This document shows positions 1-12,000 of a DNA stretch of 20,000 nt, in pieces. Location: positions 47,949 to 67,948 of the IMG/VR virus record IMGVR_UViG_3300035422_000248, one strand, 5' to 3'. The position numbers were made by a program, and so were the translations under genes. Numbering within the stretch: the stretch's first letter is position 1; each line of letters opens with the position of its first letter. The notes under the pieces were generated by a model. It was not told the origin of the DNA and did no database searches. It saw nothing but the letters and a program-made list of their open reading frames with translations. The stretch is from an uncultured virus (IMG/VR IMGVR_UViG_3300035422_000248). Its lineage: Duplodnaviria > Heunggongvirae > Uroviricota > Caudoviricetes.

Positions 1-3000
1 TTGGCGATTTTCAGACCTTGCAGGAATTTGTCAAGGAACTGCTGAACCTTTGCCTTGATTTTTCCCCAAAGCGTCAGTTCATCACGGTTCATCTTCTCAA
101 ACCCCTCGCTTCCGATGCGGCCGCCGAGGTCTGACATATATTCCTCCGTGGCTTCATTGCGGAATTGCCCGCGCTTCTTCTCGGCTTCTACACGTGCCTC
201 TGCCATGTCGGTATAGTAGTGTGAGTTCACATCTTCTCCGGCACGCTCATGAGCCATGCTCTTGCGCACACGCAGGCGGTCGGCTTCGGCTGATACCATC
301 TCATCAGTCATTTTGTCAATGACCTTGCGAATGGGATTAGAGGCATGAGCATAAACCTCTCCGAGGAACTCATCAAACCGATCTTCGCCGATAAGCGCAC
401 GCAGGCCCTTATGCCCGACAACCTCATGCACCACCGTGTTATCCACGTCAGCCACATTCACGTTGTTAGGCAGAACGACAACAACGCCATTATCATCCGA
501 ACTCCACCAACCTTTGGCACGTCTTTCCCTGCGAGTGGAGAGGTTGTTAACCTCCGACTGGTTGCGGATTACTCGGATATGCGTGTGTAGGTCATTAGAT
601 AGGCTTTCCACTCGTGCCTCCTTTGCTTCGGGCGATGACTCGTAAGCGTCCATGTATTCACGCGCTCTCTCCAGTCCTGCATCCCATTCGCCTGCATTTA
701 CACGATCGCGCAAATCTTCAAGCATAGTAACGTCTCCCTCGGCTACACTGCCGCTGATACCGCTGAACTTCGCGCCACGTTTGGCGAGTTCTGCGCGGAG
801 CATGGGAGGTACGGCGTTAATCGGGAATGCAACCTTTTGGTCACCCACACGCTCCATGATGAGGTCTGCAACCTCGCTCCACGGAACAATCCTGCTCGGC
901 TTGAAGTAGCGCGACAGCATGGTCTGAACCTTTGTCTCCTCGCTCAACTGGCCGTTAACGCTTCCGCTGTGCCAGTCCATAAGACCTACACTGTCTTTTG
1001 CGCCTTCGGCATGGTAGCCGCTGGTCTCTTCGCTTTCGGGATAGTAACCCTCCACGACAAGAAGTTCGGGGCGGTCGTAGGCGGCTGTGAACTGATCGTT
1101 GAGCGGTGAGGTGCGGATATGGAAATAGGGATTGTAGGCAACACCGCCGGTCGTGCGTCCGTTACCCTGCACAAGGTCGGCCTTGCCGTTGGCGTTCATC
1201 ATGCCCTCTTCGCTCTGCTCCCAACGGCTGAATATCATCGGAGCGCGCCACTCACCATTCTGCTTGGCCGTCATGGGAGGCAACACACCCATGTTCGCCC
1301 ACTGCGAATAGCGGAAGCCTTTCTTCAGCGGCTGATTGTTGAGGAAGTCAAGCACCGGTCCCTCTTCAACGAGACGATACTTGTTGCCGTCTCCATTGGT
1401 GGGAGTGTCCTCTCCGTCATCATCTAACGTAATGTCGGAAGCTGCATCAACGGATTTATCCATTTCGGCATACTTCTTCTCCTTTTCCTCCAGTTCTTTT
1501 CTCATCGCTTCCTCATATTGAGCGAGACGCGCCTTAGCCTCGGCGAGTTGCTGTTTATGGGGGAACTCCCTGCCGTTGCGCTCCTTGAGTTGGCGGTAGT
1601 CATCGGAGTATCGCGCGAGTTGCTTCTGGCCGCGTGAGAGAAGTTCTTGGCTGTCCGCGCCGGTCACAATCCTCTCCGCGATTTCCTCCATGATATTCTT
1701 GATGCGATTGCCTTTTACGGCCCGGTCCTTGATGCCGAGTGCCTCACACGAGTATGTAACTTCTCTCTTCGGCTCAAAGGATATTTGACCCTGTCCGTTG
1801 TTATCCACAATACGCGATACGTTGGTAGTCACCTCAAAAGGCAAACCGTCAACGTCAATGGTGAGTTTGCTTATCCAATTATCTGCACCCTCTTGAATTT
1901 GATCGGCGGCTTCATTCATCTTGGCGTTCTGCTCTTTGAAGAAATCGCCCATTGCTCCCACGCTGTCAAATGTGAGTTTGCCGATGGTTATCTTCTTGAT
2001 CGTGCCGTCGGGCCAATGTTTGCCGATGATTTCAAGGTTCTTGGTCTCAATCTCAATACGGCGTTCCGCGCCCTTGATGAGACCCTCCACCTTTGGCAAT
2101 TGGTTGTGGATGTAGATTTGGTCTATCTCATGACCTTTCTGCTTGGCGGTAAGATTGCGAACCTCGCGCTCGGCTTGGTTCTTCAGTATGGCATACTCAC
2201 TGCCCGACAACTGAGCGGTCATATCACCGAAAGAGTCCTCTTCCTCTTCAAGTACTCGGTTCTCCATTGAATTCTGCATCATCTTTGAGCCGTTCATAAT
2301 GGAATCCGCGATTGCGCCTTTGGTTTTCAGTCGCTGATATGCGGTAACGTCAAGACTATCCTCAACGCCGAAACGGATTATGCGCACCGGGATACCCATA
2401 TCCTTATGCAGGTTGCCCTGTCGCAGGGCACGTCCGTTGCGCTGGGTATAGTCCATAGGACGGTTGGGCGCGTCCACATGGATAAGCGTGTGCAGACGCT
2501 CCTGAATATTCACGCCGGTACCGAGTGTGAATGTTGAGCCGAGTATCACACGGATTTCTCCGGCATTGACTTTCTCGAAGATGTCTAACTTCTTCTTTAT
2601 TGTCATGCCCGATTTGATAATCACAATCTGCTCGGCAGGCACGCCCTCGGCAATGAGTTTGTTTCTGATCTCCTCGTAGAGGTTGAAACCGCTTCTCTTG
2701 TTTTGGTAGTTGTCGGAGAAGATTGCAACGGTGCCTTTATACTTCGCACTATCCTTGAGGGAACGCAGTGTCTCGCGCACGGTTGCGTTGGTCTTGCTGT
2801 TGGGGTCATCCTCGGCGTTGTCAACGACAAGTCGTGCATCTACGGCGGCCGCTTTGGCTATGCCGTACATGGTGAGGGGGATGTGAGAGTTCTCTTTTTT
2901 CTCCTTACCCTCCATTTTGTCGTAACGGTCCAGTTCTGCCTTTACATACTTCATCACACTGCGCAGGGCGCGGGTCTGAGGCAGGTAAATGTCAGTCGGC

Positions 3001-6000
3001 TTTCCTCCCTCCATTTCGGGGATTTTATCGCTCACACCGCCTGCCTCGCGTGTCAGAACGGTATCGGCTACACCGCTCCAAATGCGCACGAGTTCGGGTA
3101 GGTTTACATACCCGGCAAAGCGGCTCACCTCGGCAAACTTGCCGTTGGTCTTGAACTCAACCATCTGTGCGAGGTTGCCGAAGTTGCGGACAAAATCATC
3201 AAAGTAATATATGCCGTACTCTTTCATCGTGTCGGCAGGCATGAGGTAGCGCATGAACGTCCAGATTTCAGCGGCTGTGTTGGAGATAGGCGTACCTGTC
3301 GCAAACACAACATTGCGCCCGTGGTTGCGCTCCATGACTGCCTGCGTTTTCAGATATACGCCCTGCGACTTCTTGCTGTACGAGGGGTCAACACCTTTCA
3401 CTCCTCTCTGCATGGCAGTGGAGAAACCGAGGTGTTTGTATTCATGAGCCTCATCTATGAGAAGAGCGTCAATGCCCATATCATCGAAGTTTTCCACATC
3501 ATCCACCTCGCGGTCAAGCATCTCCATTGCTCGCACTTCGGCGTTCTGACGTGTGGTTGCCTCTCTCTTCTCATCGCGCTTTTTCTTCTTGCCCTGTATC
3601 GCTTCGGTCAGTTCGGCAAGGCGGTCGCGCTGTTCCTCAATCTCCTTTTCGGCCTGGCGCACAATCATGCTTCTGCCGTTATCATCGGCTTCACGCATGG
3701 CATCAAGAACTTTCAATTTTTCCTCAATGACATCTTGAATGTATGCCAGTTCGCGCTCCTCGCTGTCGGGTATGCGCTCAAATACCGACTGAGGAACGAC
3801 AATCATATCCCAGTCGTTGTACTTGATTTTCGCGTAGAAATTCTTGCGGCCCTCGGCTGTGCGGTCTGCTTCCTCAATAGTCAGCACCTTTGCATTGGGA
3901 TAAATCTCCTTTGCGCTCTCCACAAACTGACCGACTGTTGCGTTCTGCACAACTATCATAGGCTTGCGTGCTGTGCCGAGACGGCGCATTTCCATTGCCG
4001 TGGTGATAAGGGTGTAGGTCTTGCCGGTCCCGACCTCGTGAGCAAGCAGTATCGGCTCGGTCGTGCCTCTGACTACCGCTCGGCCTTGATGAGGACGCAA
4101 TGCAAAGGGTCTGCCGTGCAACTCTGTCACTTGACCGCCGAAATGCTTGGGAACAAACTCATCGGGAATTGACATAGGCACATAGTTGTTTAACTGCTCG
4201 TTGTAGGTATGCTCGATACGCGCCGACATATCCGGGTCTGCCTGCATACGTTCACGCGCCCAGTCTTTGAACTCTGCGCGGATTTCATCAATCTTGGTAC
4301 TGCACTCTGCGGTGGCGGCCTTGTCGGTTATGGTCTCTGATGTGCCATCCCATTTCTTTGTGGTCTTGCTGACGGTGATCTGCTTGTTGGTTATGGCAGC
4401 TTCAATCAGTTCATGCCCCATGATAGTCTTGTCACACATCTTGCTCGTTACCGACATGGCGCGGTTCTTTTCATTGAAGGTACTCCACGGAGTTTTCATA
4501 AACCATGTACCGCCTGCATTTGTCAGTTTCACACGGATACCTGTCTTTTCCTCCACGAAGTCCTCATAGAGTTTAGGTTCTATCCATGAAGAGCCGAGCG
4601 AGAACTCGATGAGGTGCGCAGGTATCGTCATGGGCATAACCTTTTCAAGAGCGGTGATATTCGGGTTATATCTGCCGTCCTCGTTGTTCTCCTGCGCGAT
4701 GTGCAGCTTCTCACGGACGTTGCCCGAAAGATACTGATACGACACCTCCATTGCCCCGGTTGAGGGGTTCTCGAAGCCGAGTCCGCTTTCCACGATTTCC
4801 TGCTTCACCTGCTCCTTGCTCTTGCCGAGTGCCTCGCTGATGTAGTCCACATCTATACTGCCACTCTTATAGAGGCTTGCAAGTATGCCGTCCTTGACTG
4901 TCGTAGGCTGTGGCTCTTTCTCCTTTTCAATCACACGGCGGCTGAAAATATCGGTCTTACCTGCCTTGACAACCTTGTTGCCTTTGTTGTCTCCTTTCTC
5001 CGAATAGGTCTCAAGTGCCATGATGCTTGAGAAGTCCACATCGTTGCGGAGGAAAGAGATTGCAGTATTCTTGTGGAGGTTGCCGTAGGTGCGCGTGAAT
5101 GTATCAAAGGCGCGGTTCAGTTCTTTCAACAGCGGCTCCAGTCCTGCGTCATCTTCATTGGTTGACTGATATTCCAGTACGTCCGACAACGCTTTCTTGA
5201 TCGCGCTGTATGCGTTGAAACACTCTGCCTTTGTGTGACCCTTGACCTTGTTTTTATTCAGTCCAATAGGCACAGCCTCGCCCATTCGGGCCATGCAGAG
5301 TTCTCCTTGTGAGTTCAACACCATGCTTCCCTCCTTGACACCATCGCCGAGTTTCTCATTGATGCGCATCACGGCTTCCTCTACATCGTGGTCTGAACGG
5401 AGTGAGGACATATCCTCCTCCATGTCTGCAAATCGGCTGACCCATTCGCTCAACATCTTATCCTGCGGTTTGTCAGCCGAGGGGAAGAGGGCGCGGCTTG
5501 TCGGTTGCCATGTCTCACCGCGCTCAAAGTTGAACATCATCTCGCCTGCCATATTCTCCGGGTGTTCCGCAAAATATTTGTTGTAGGTCATGCTGTACGG
5601 CTTGATGATAGGTACTTCCTGCCCCTTGACCTTGCGAGTATCCCCGGTGTCATAGTCTGCTACACGCACTGCGGTCACATCCGTAACGTCTATGGCGTTG
5701 GCTGACTGCTTGCCATTCACGCGCTTGCGCACAACGATAATATCAGAGGTTGCCCCGGTGCCTCCGAATGTCTTGTTGTGCATACGGAATGCCCCTATAA
5801 CATCGGTATTACCCTCGTTGATAATCCAACGGCGTAACTCTTTGGAGTTATCCATTGTACCGCTTGATGTGATGAAAATACCGATACCACCCTCGCGGAG
5901 TTTACGGACATTCTTTGCGATGCAGAAATCATGAATATTGCGGAATTTCTTGGAGAGGTCTTTGTCTCCAGTATCATCCTTAACGTGCAGACCTGTTACG

Positions 6001-9000
6001 AAAGGCACGTTGGTTATGGCAAGGTCAATGCTGTTGTTGCGCACTTTCGTTCTCTCAAAACCTTGTACGTCAACTCGTGCATCGGGATATAGCAACGAGA
6101 GTATGCCACCAGTGGTACGGTCAATCTCAACCGCATGGATATTACTGCGGTCGCTCATATCAGTGGGCATAAGTCCGAGGATATTGCCGATACCTGCTGA
6201 ACCCTCAAGCACATTGCCTCCCTTGAAACCTAATGCTCTCGCAACATTCCACATAGCATCAATGACTGGGGCAGGAGTATAGTATGCGCTATTTCGGCTC
6301 ATGACGGCATCATTATATCCGTCCTCGCCTAACAACTCACGCAGGCGGCTGACAGTCGGGTTATAGCCATTATCATTGAAAGCCTTACCGAGACCACCCC
6401 AACCGCTGAATTTTCGGAGTACCTCCATTTGTTCGGGCGTGGCGGTCTCTCCTGCATCAAGCAATTGCTTGGCAAGTTCAATAGCCTCAATGTTAGCCTT
6501 GATACGTGCGTCCTCACCTTTGGGGGCGTAGTCCACACCACGCTCCGCATGGTTGTTGCGCACGTTCCTACGCTCACCCTCAGGCAATCTCTCATTGTGG
6601 GAGGAGGTCTTATCGGTAGTTAAGGCTGATTTCGCAGGCTGTTCAGATACTCCTGCGCCTCCCTTACCGTCAGAGACAGGATGGTCGCTATCACGTCCAC
6701 CCATTCCTCCTCGGTCAGTTCGCTTAACTTCATTCCGCTGGCTCTCTCCCAACGGTTCATTCGGTTGAGGTTCGTGTCCTCCTGCTCGCTCGGTAGTGCC
6801 GGGGCGAGGTTGTACGTCAGTTTTCTTTTCATCGCTTATCGGTTCATCGAACAATCCACCGAAGAGGTCTCCGATCGGCTGTTCGGGTTTAACTTCCGCT
6901 TTTTTCTTCGCAGGTGCTTTCGGCTTCTTCTCCTGCGCCTCCTTTGCCACTCGCGCAGCTTCCTCAAAGATGTCCTCTTTGGGAGCGACAGCAGGTTTGT
7001 CTTTGGGTGTAGTCGGCTCTTGCTTCTCAATCTGACTCCACTCGCAAGCCTCATACATAACCGGTGCCATGCCGGTGTCAAGAGTAACATCAGAGCCGCC
7101 TCCGAAGTCAACGATGGTGGCGAGTTCGCGTTTGTGCTTGCCATCATTTCGGGTGTACCAAACCTTTTCACCGACCTTAAAGCCGTTCTTCTCGGTCTCG
7201 GCGATTTCGTGACGGTTCCAATAACCGCCTGCATCGTAAGGCTCGGCTTCCTCCGCTTTGGGCAGATAATTTCGCGCCTCGTATTTTACAGCGTTAAGGA
7301 AGTCAGAGTATGTGCAATCGGGTTGTATCCATTGATTATTGCCATATCGGTCTGCACCTTTCACTTCGGGTGCTTCCACTCGATACATGATGCTACGCAC
7401 TTCAAGGTTATCGCCATACCCATAGCCGTTCTTGTAAGCGTCGCCTCCGCGTCTATGCACAGGGTCAAGTCCGATGTAGATATGCAGTTCGCGTCCGTCC
7501 TGCAAAGGCAATGCAATAGTTACGTCACCTCCGGCGGGAGCGAGGTTTGCTCTTACAGCAGTGCCTTTCTTGACACTCTTGCGTCCGAGGGGAGTTGTCG
7601 CGCTCGTAACCTTGATGTCAAGACCAAGGTCATTAACCAACTGCTTGGCGAGTTTCGTTGCGTCTGCCACGGCTTTCTTCTCGGCTGTGAGCATATAGCC
7701 GTAACTCTCGTGGAATTTCGCGTCATCTGCCTCGGCTTCATAGTAGCCGAGCAGGGCCAGTTGATCGTTTATCTCATCGAGCGTGTTGTCTATTTCTTCT
7801 CCTGCTCGGTTGAGGGCTGTTGTATCTTCTGAAGTTTCTGCGAGACTTTCCGCTTCGCTTGCAACAGCCTCTGCTTTTTCTGCAAGAGCTGCTGTATCTG
7901 CTGCTGTTTGTTCATCCTGTTTCTTGCGGTTATTGTTACGGATTTCGGTTAATTCTTTCTGCGCCTGCTCTGATGCGGTGGAGGCTTTACGCTCCTCCAC
8001 AATCATGGCCGCCTGCGCGATTGGGTCTGCCTGCTTCTTGTCAAAGTTCTGCACATCGAAGCGTGCAACCTCCTCTGACGGAGTAAAGGCATAATTCTCA
8101 TAGCCGGGTGTCCAGCGTGCGCCCTCATAGAACGACTTGAGCCACGGACGTATCTTATTACCCAACAATCCCACCATCTTGGTAGCATAGTCAGGGAATG
8201 ACGTTGTGCCACGCTCCACGAGACCCATTGCCAATCGGATACCTGCCGACTGGATGCGCTGACGCTCCTGCGGGGTGAGTTCGCCCGGATCGCGGAATTT
8301 GAGAGTGCTGTCTCCCTCATCTTCTCCTATACCGAGGAGGTCACGCAACTCGTTAGCCAATGACTGCATCTCATCATCGCTAATCTCGTGCTGTGCCTCT
8401 TTCGGTGTGTCAGCAGGTTTGTCTTTGGGTGAAAGCGGCTCTGCATGGTCGCTTAACTTCGCTTCCCCCTTTGTCTGCAAGTCCTTTGCCACATCTTCAA
8501 GACTGACGCGGTTGATAGCTGCTTTCTTCGGCTTCTTTTCCGATGTAGGTTTCTTCTTTGCAGGCGCAACCGCCTCGCGGAGTTCCTCTGCGGTCATAGG
8601 CTGTGCGTCTGCAACCGCCTCGCCCGACTTGTCGGCAATCATCTCGCCTGCCTTGCGTGCGTCCTCCTCGGTGCGGAAGAGCCACTCTGAATATGTGTCT
8701 TTGTCCGAACACCAACCGCGGGCCTTTCTGCCGTCTGCCTTTTCACGAGCAAAGGCGGCCAACGCCTTGCGCTGTTCATAGGTGGGAGGTGTAGCGAAAG
8801 ACACTGCGTGCATCGGCGTGGTCTTGCCTGCCTTGTTGGTGTACGTGGAGGGAGTGATTGTGTAGGGTGCTGACGGTTCGGCGGGAGCAGGAGCATTGGA
8901 CGCTCCGACCGCTTTCACGCTCTTGTATTCAGAGAATGGTTTGGTCTTGCGCTTCGATGACTGCACCCACTTCTTGAACTCATCTTTGCTCACTTGGGTT

Positions 9001-12000
9001 ATTGCTCCCAGACCGGTCCACCCGGCTTCATAGTTGGAGAGGTACGCCTCGCGTGCAACTTCCTCCGAGGGGAAGCCATACATAACCTTGTGTTCATCAA
9101 ACGAGCCGTCCGCGTTGCGTTGGTCGATGACAAACACATCGCCCTCTTCGGGAGTGTCCGAGAGGAACACGTCAATGTGGTCTCCGTCCACACCCTCCGT
9201 GCCACGAATATAGCCGTAGTCATTGTGCATCTCGGTTTCCCACTCCGTGCCGTCTGCGTTCTTACCACGGCGCACACTTCCTTTGGGGTTCTCAATGCTG
9301 ATGTTGTAACCATCAATACGGCGGTGTTCCATCTTGTAATTTCCGGCGGCTTTCTGCGCTTCGGTAGGCTCGGCAGAGGCGGTGTCTATCGCCTGCGCTA
9401 TGCTTGCGAGGTCTCCGTAGTCCTTGCCGTTATAGGTGAGTTGACTGCCCGTGTACGAGCCTTTATCGTCCGGCGCATCAGTTTGGATAATCTCATGCTT
9501 GCCGTCAACGTAAAGTTTACGCTTGTATATCGGGTGAGCCTCATCGGGACCGGCTTCTTCCCACTCATCGCCTACGCTGATACGCGCACGCAGGGCGGCT
9601 TCTTCGGGGGTGTCCTCGTTGATGTCGTTACGGTCATTGCCGAGCGGCTCTAAATCGGTGCGCTCCTCCGCTACTGGTTCTGAACGCTCTGCATTGCGTT
9701 CATCAACATTCGGAGTTTGTTCACTTGCTTGGCCTCGTCCACGCTGTTCTGCTTCGGCTTCTGCTCTGCGCTTGCGCTCCGCAATGGCAGCGTCCACGAG
9801 TGCCTGCTGTTCTCTTGGGGTTGCATTTCTGAAATGTTCATTTACGTTTGTGAGAATATTTTCTTTGGTGGGTATCTCGCCTGTGAATAGGTCTGCTTGA
9901 CCGCTTGCAGACTGCGATGCCTCGTTGTTGTAGGAGGTCAGAACCTTGCGCAGGTCGCTCGGCTTGCCGCTGTTCAACAGGTCTGCAAGAAGAAGAGTGG
10001 TGGCGTCCGTCACGCGGCTGTCTCCGTACTCATCATCAAACAAACCCTGCATACGTCCGAAAGGTGACACTGGCATACCGTCAGTGTAGATGTCCGGCTG
10101 TGCGGCTTTGGCACGATACACGAGGTCAACCGCTTTGGATAGTTCCTCGCTCAAATCGTAGCCGGAGCGAGAGAGAGTGCGGTTGCTTGCAATCTCATTC
10201 AATCCCATGACGATAGACTGGCGCATGGTCGGCATGGAGATAATCTGACGCACTGCATCGGGCGAGGTTTGGAACACCTTGCCGATAAGTGTATTTTCGA
10301 TCAACTCCTTGCCTGCAGCCGACAGTGCGGTGCCGGTCCGCATTTCGGGCATTTGCTTGTCGTTGATTACACCTGCCTGCATCAGTGCGCCTAAAGCGTG
10401 CGCCACGGCTTTCTCATCGGCATAATAATCCGAAAGTCGGTCATAACGGCTGATCTCGCCTACAAGGTCATTGAAAATATTGTCGGGAACAATCTTGCCG
10501 AGTTTCACGGCGGCTTCGGGTTTAGACTGGCTCTTCATCTCCTGCGCGTTGAAACGTGAGAAGGTGGTTGCATCGTAGGGGAGGGCCTCATCCGGCACGA
10601 ATACCAGTCGGGGGTTCTTCATCCCTGCAACCTGCTCCGGGGTGAAGCCGTACTTCTGCCCGAACTCTCGCAGATAATCAATATAAGCCTTGTCAGTACC
10701 CTGCCGTGCGGCGAGGTCTCCGCTCATGGTGCGGTTGTTGCCCGACAGCACCACGCCGTCACGACTGACAATTACGGGAGTCTGCAAAGCGCGGTTGTCG
10801 TATGCGCCTGCCATTTGCTCCACAATGCGCTGTGCGTCCTTGTCGCGGAGGTAGTCGCGGTCATTCACGCTCTGTCCGTTCTCATCAATCGGGAAACCCT
10901 CGGTCGGCTCGTATGCGTTGTTGACATCGTGGCTCGCGGAGGCGGCTCCTGCTTCGGTAAGTACATAGCGACCGTGGATTGTAGAGCCGTCCGGCAAAGT
11001 GATTGCATCGGGGTTGCCCTCAATCTTCGGAGTGTTATCCCATTTCTCTTTGATTTTGGGATTGACCGCATGAACGCCTACGCGCTCCTGTTCGGCCTGC
11101 TTCTCGGCTTTGATGCGCTGTTGCTCTTCAAACTGAGCCACGGCTGCATCATGCGCCTCTGCATCACGCTGACGGCGTTCCTCCTCGCGCTGACGGCGTA
11201 ATTCTGCACTGCGTGAAGTATAGACACCCAATATCGCGTTCCATGCGTCAAGGCGCGCCTGCGTGTCGGCAATCTGCTGATTGTATTGGGCGAGTTCGCT
11301 CTGATACTTTTCGGCCGCCTCGCGCTTCGCCTGCGCCATAGCCATAGGTGAACCTTTCAGTTTGGGTGCTTTGGGTGTAGGCGGTTTCTTCTTGAGTGCT
11401 TCAAGGTCGGAGGTTGCCTGCTGAACCTGCGCCGTGGCAATGTCAGCCGCGTCACTCTCACCGCCGACAGCCTCAACAAGTCCATCCCAGGCCGTCTCTT
11501 TCTCCACGGCTTCAAACATCGGCTCTCCCTCCTCGTTGAGAGGGATGCGAGAGAGTGCCGTTTCCTGTCCGTTTCCTACACTTGCGTCCGTTTCAGACAC
11601 GTTTTCACCCTCTGAAACGGCGTTTTCGGTAGAATTGGGAACGCTTTCATCGGTTTTGGGAACGCTATTGGCGGCTCTGTCCTGCTGAACAAACTCCAGT
11701 GCTTCAAGTCTGCCACGGATATAATCATCCACGCGCCCTTGCTCCTGCATCTGCTTCTGCGCACCCTCGCGCAGTGCGTCCACATAGGTGGCAAGTCGCT
11801 CATCGGTGAGGCTCTCTGCCTCCTCGATTGCGTCACTATATCCACGGTCATACTCCTCAACATTGGGGGTTGGAATATTTTCCTCCCCATTGTTGCCTTC
11901 TACTGGAATATTTTCATCGGGGTTGTTGCCTGTCGGCTCTTCCGCAACCTCGGCAGTTTCCTCGGCAGGGTTCTCACGTCCACTGAACATTGACATCTGC

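Noticed and set aside
986..11890. Short - strand alternative-frame ORFs (986-1174, 2621-2839, 5795-5977, 6329-6595, 6836-7234, 7553-7741, 8003-8320, 8497-8715, 8639-8896, 8999-9316, 10865-11071, 11078-11272, 11576-11890)
   Set aside because: These are R/S/T/P-rich off-frame reads, mostly over well-formed domains of the giant gene. Only 6620-6832, and weakly 9671-9841, look protein-like.
11630..11935. Short duplications (AGCGTTCCCAA twice; GAAAATATTCCA twice, giving GNNPDENIP/GNNGEENIP)
   Set aside because: These are two-copy microduplications in a disordered acidic linker, consistent with ordinary slippage. They do not form an array.
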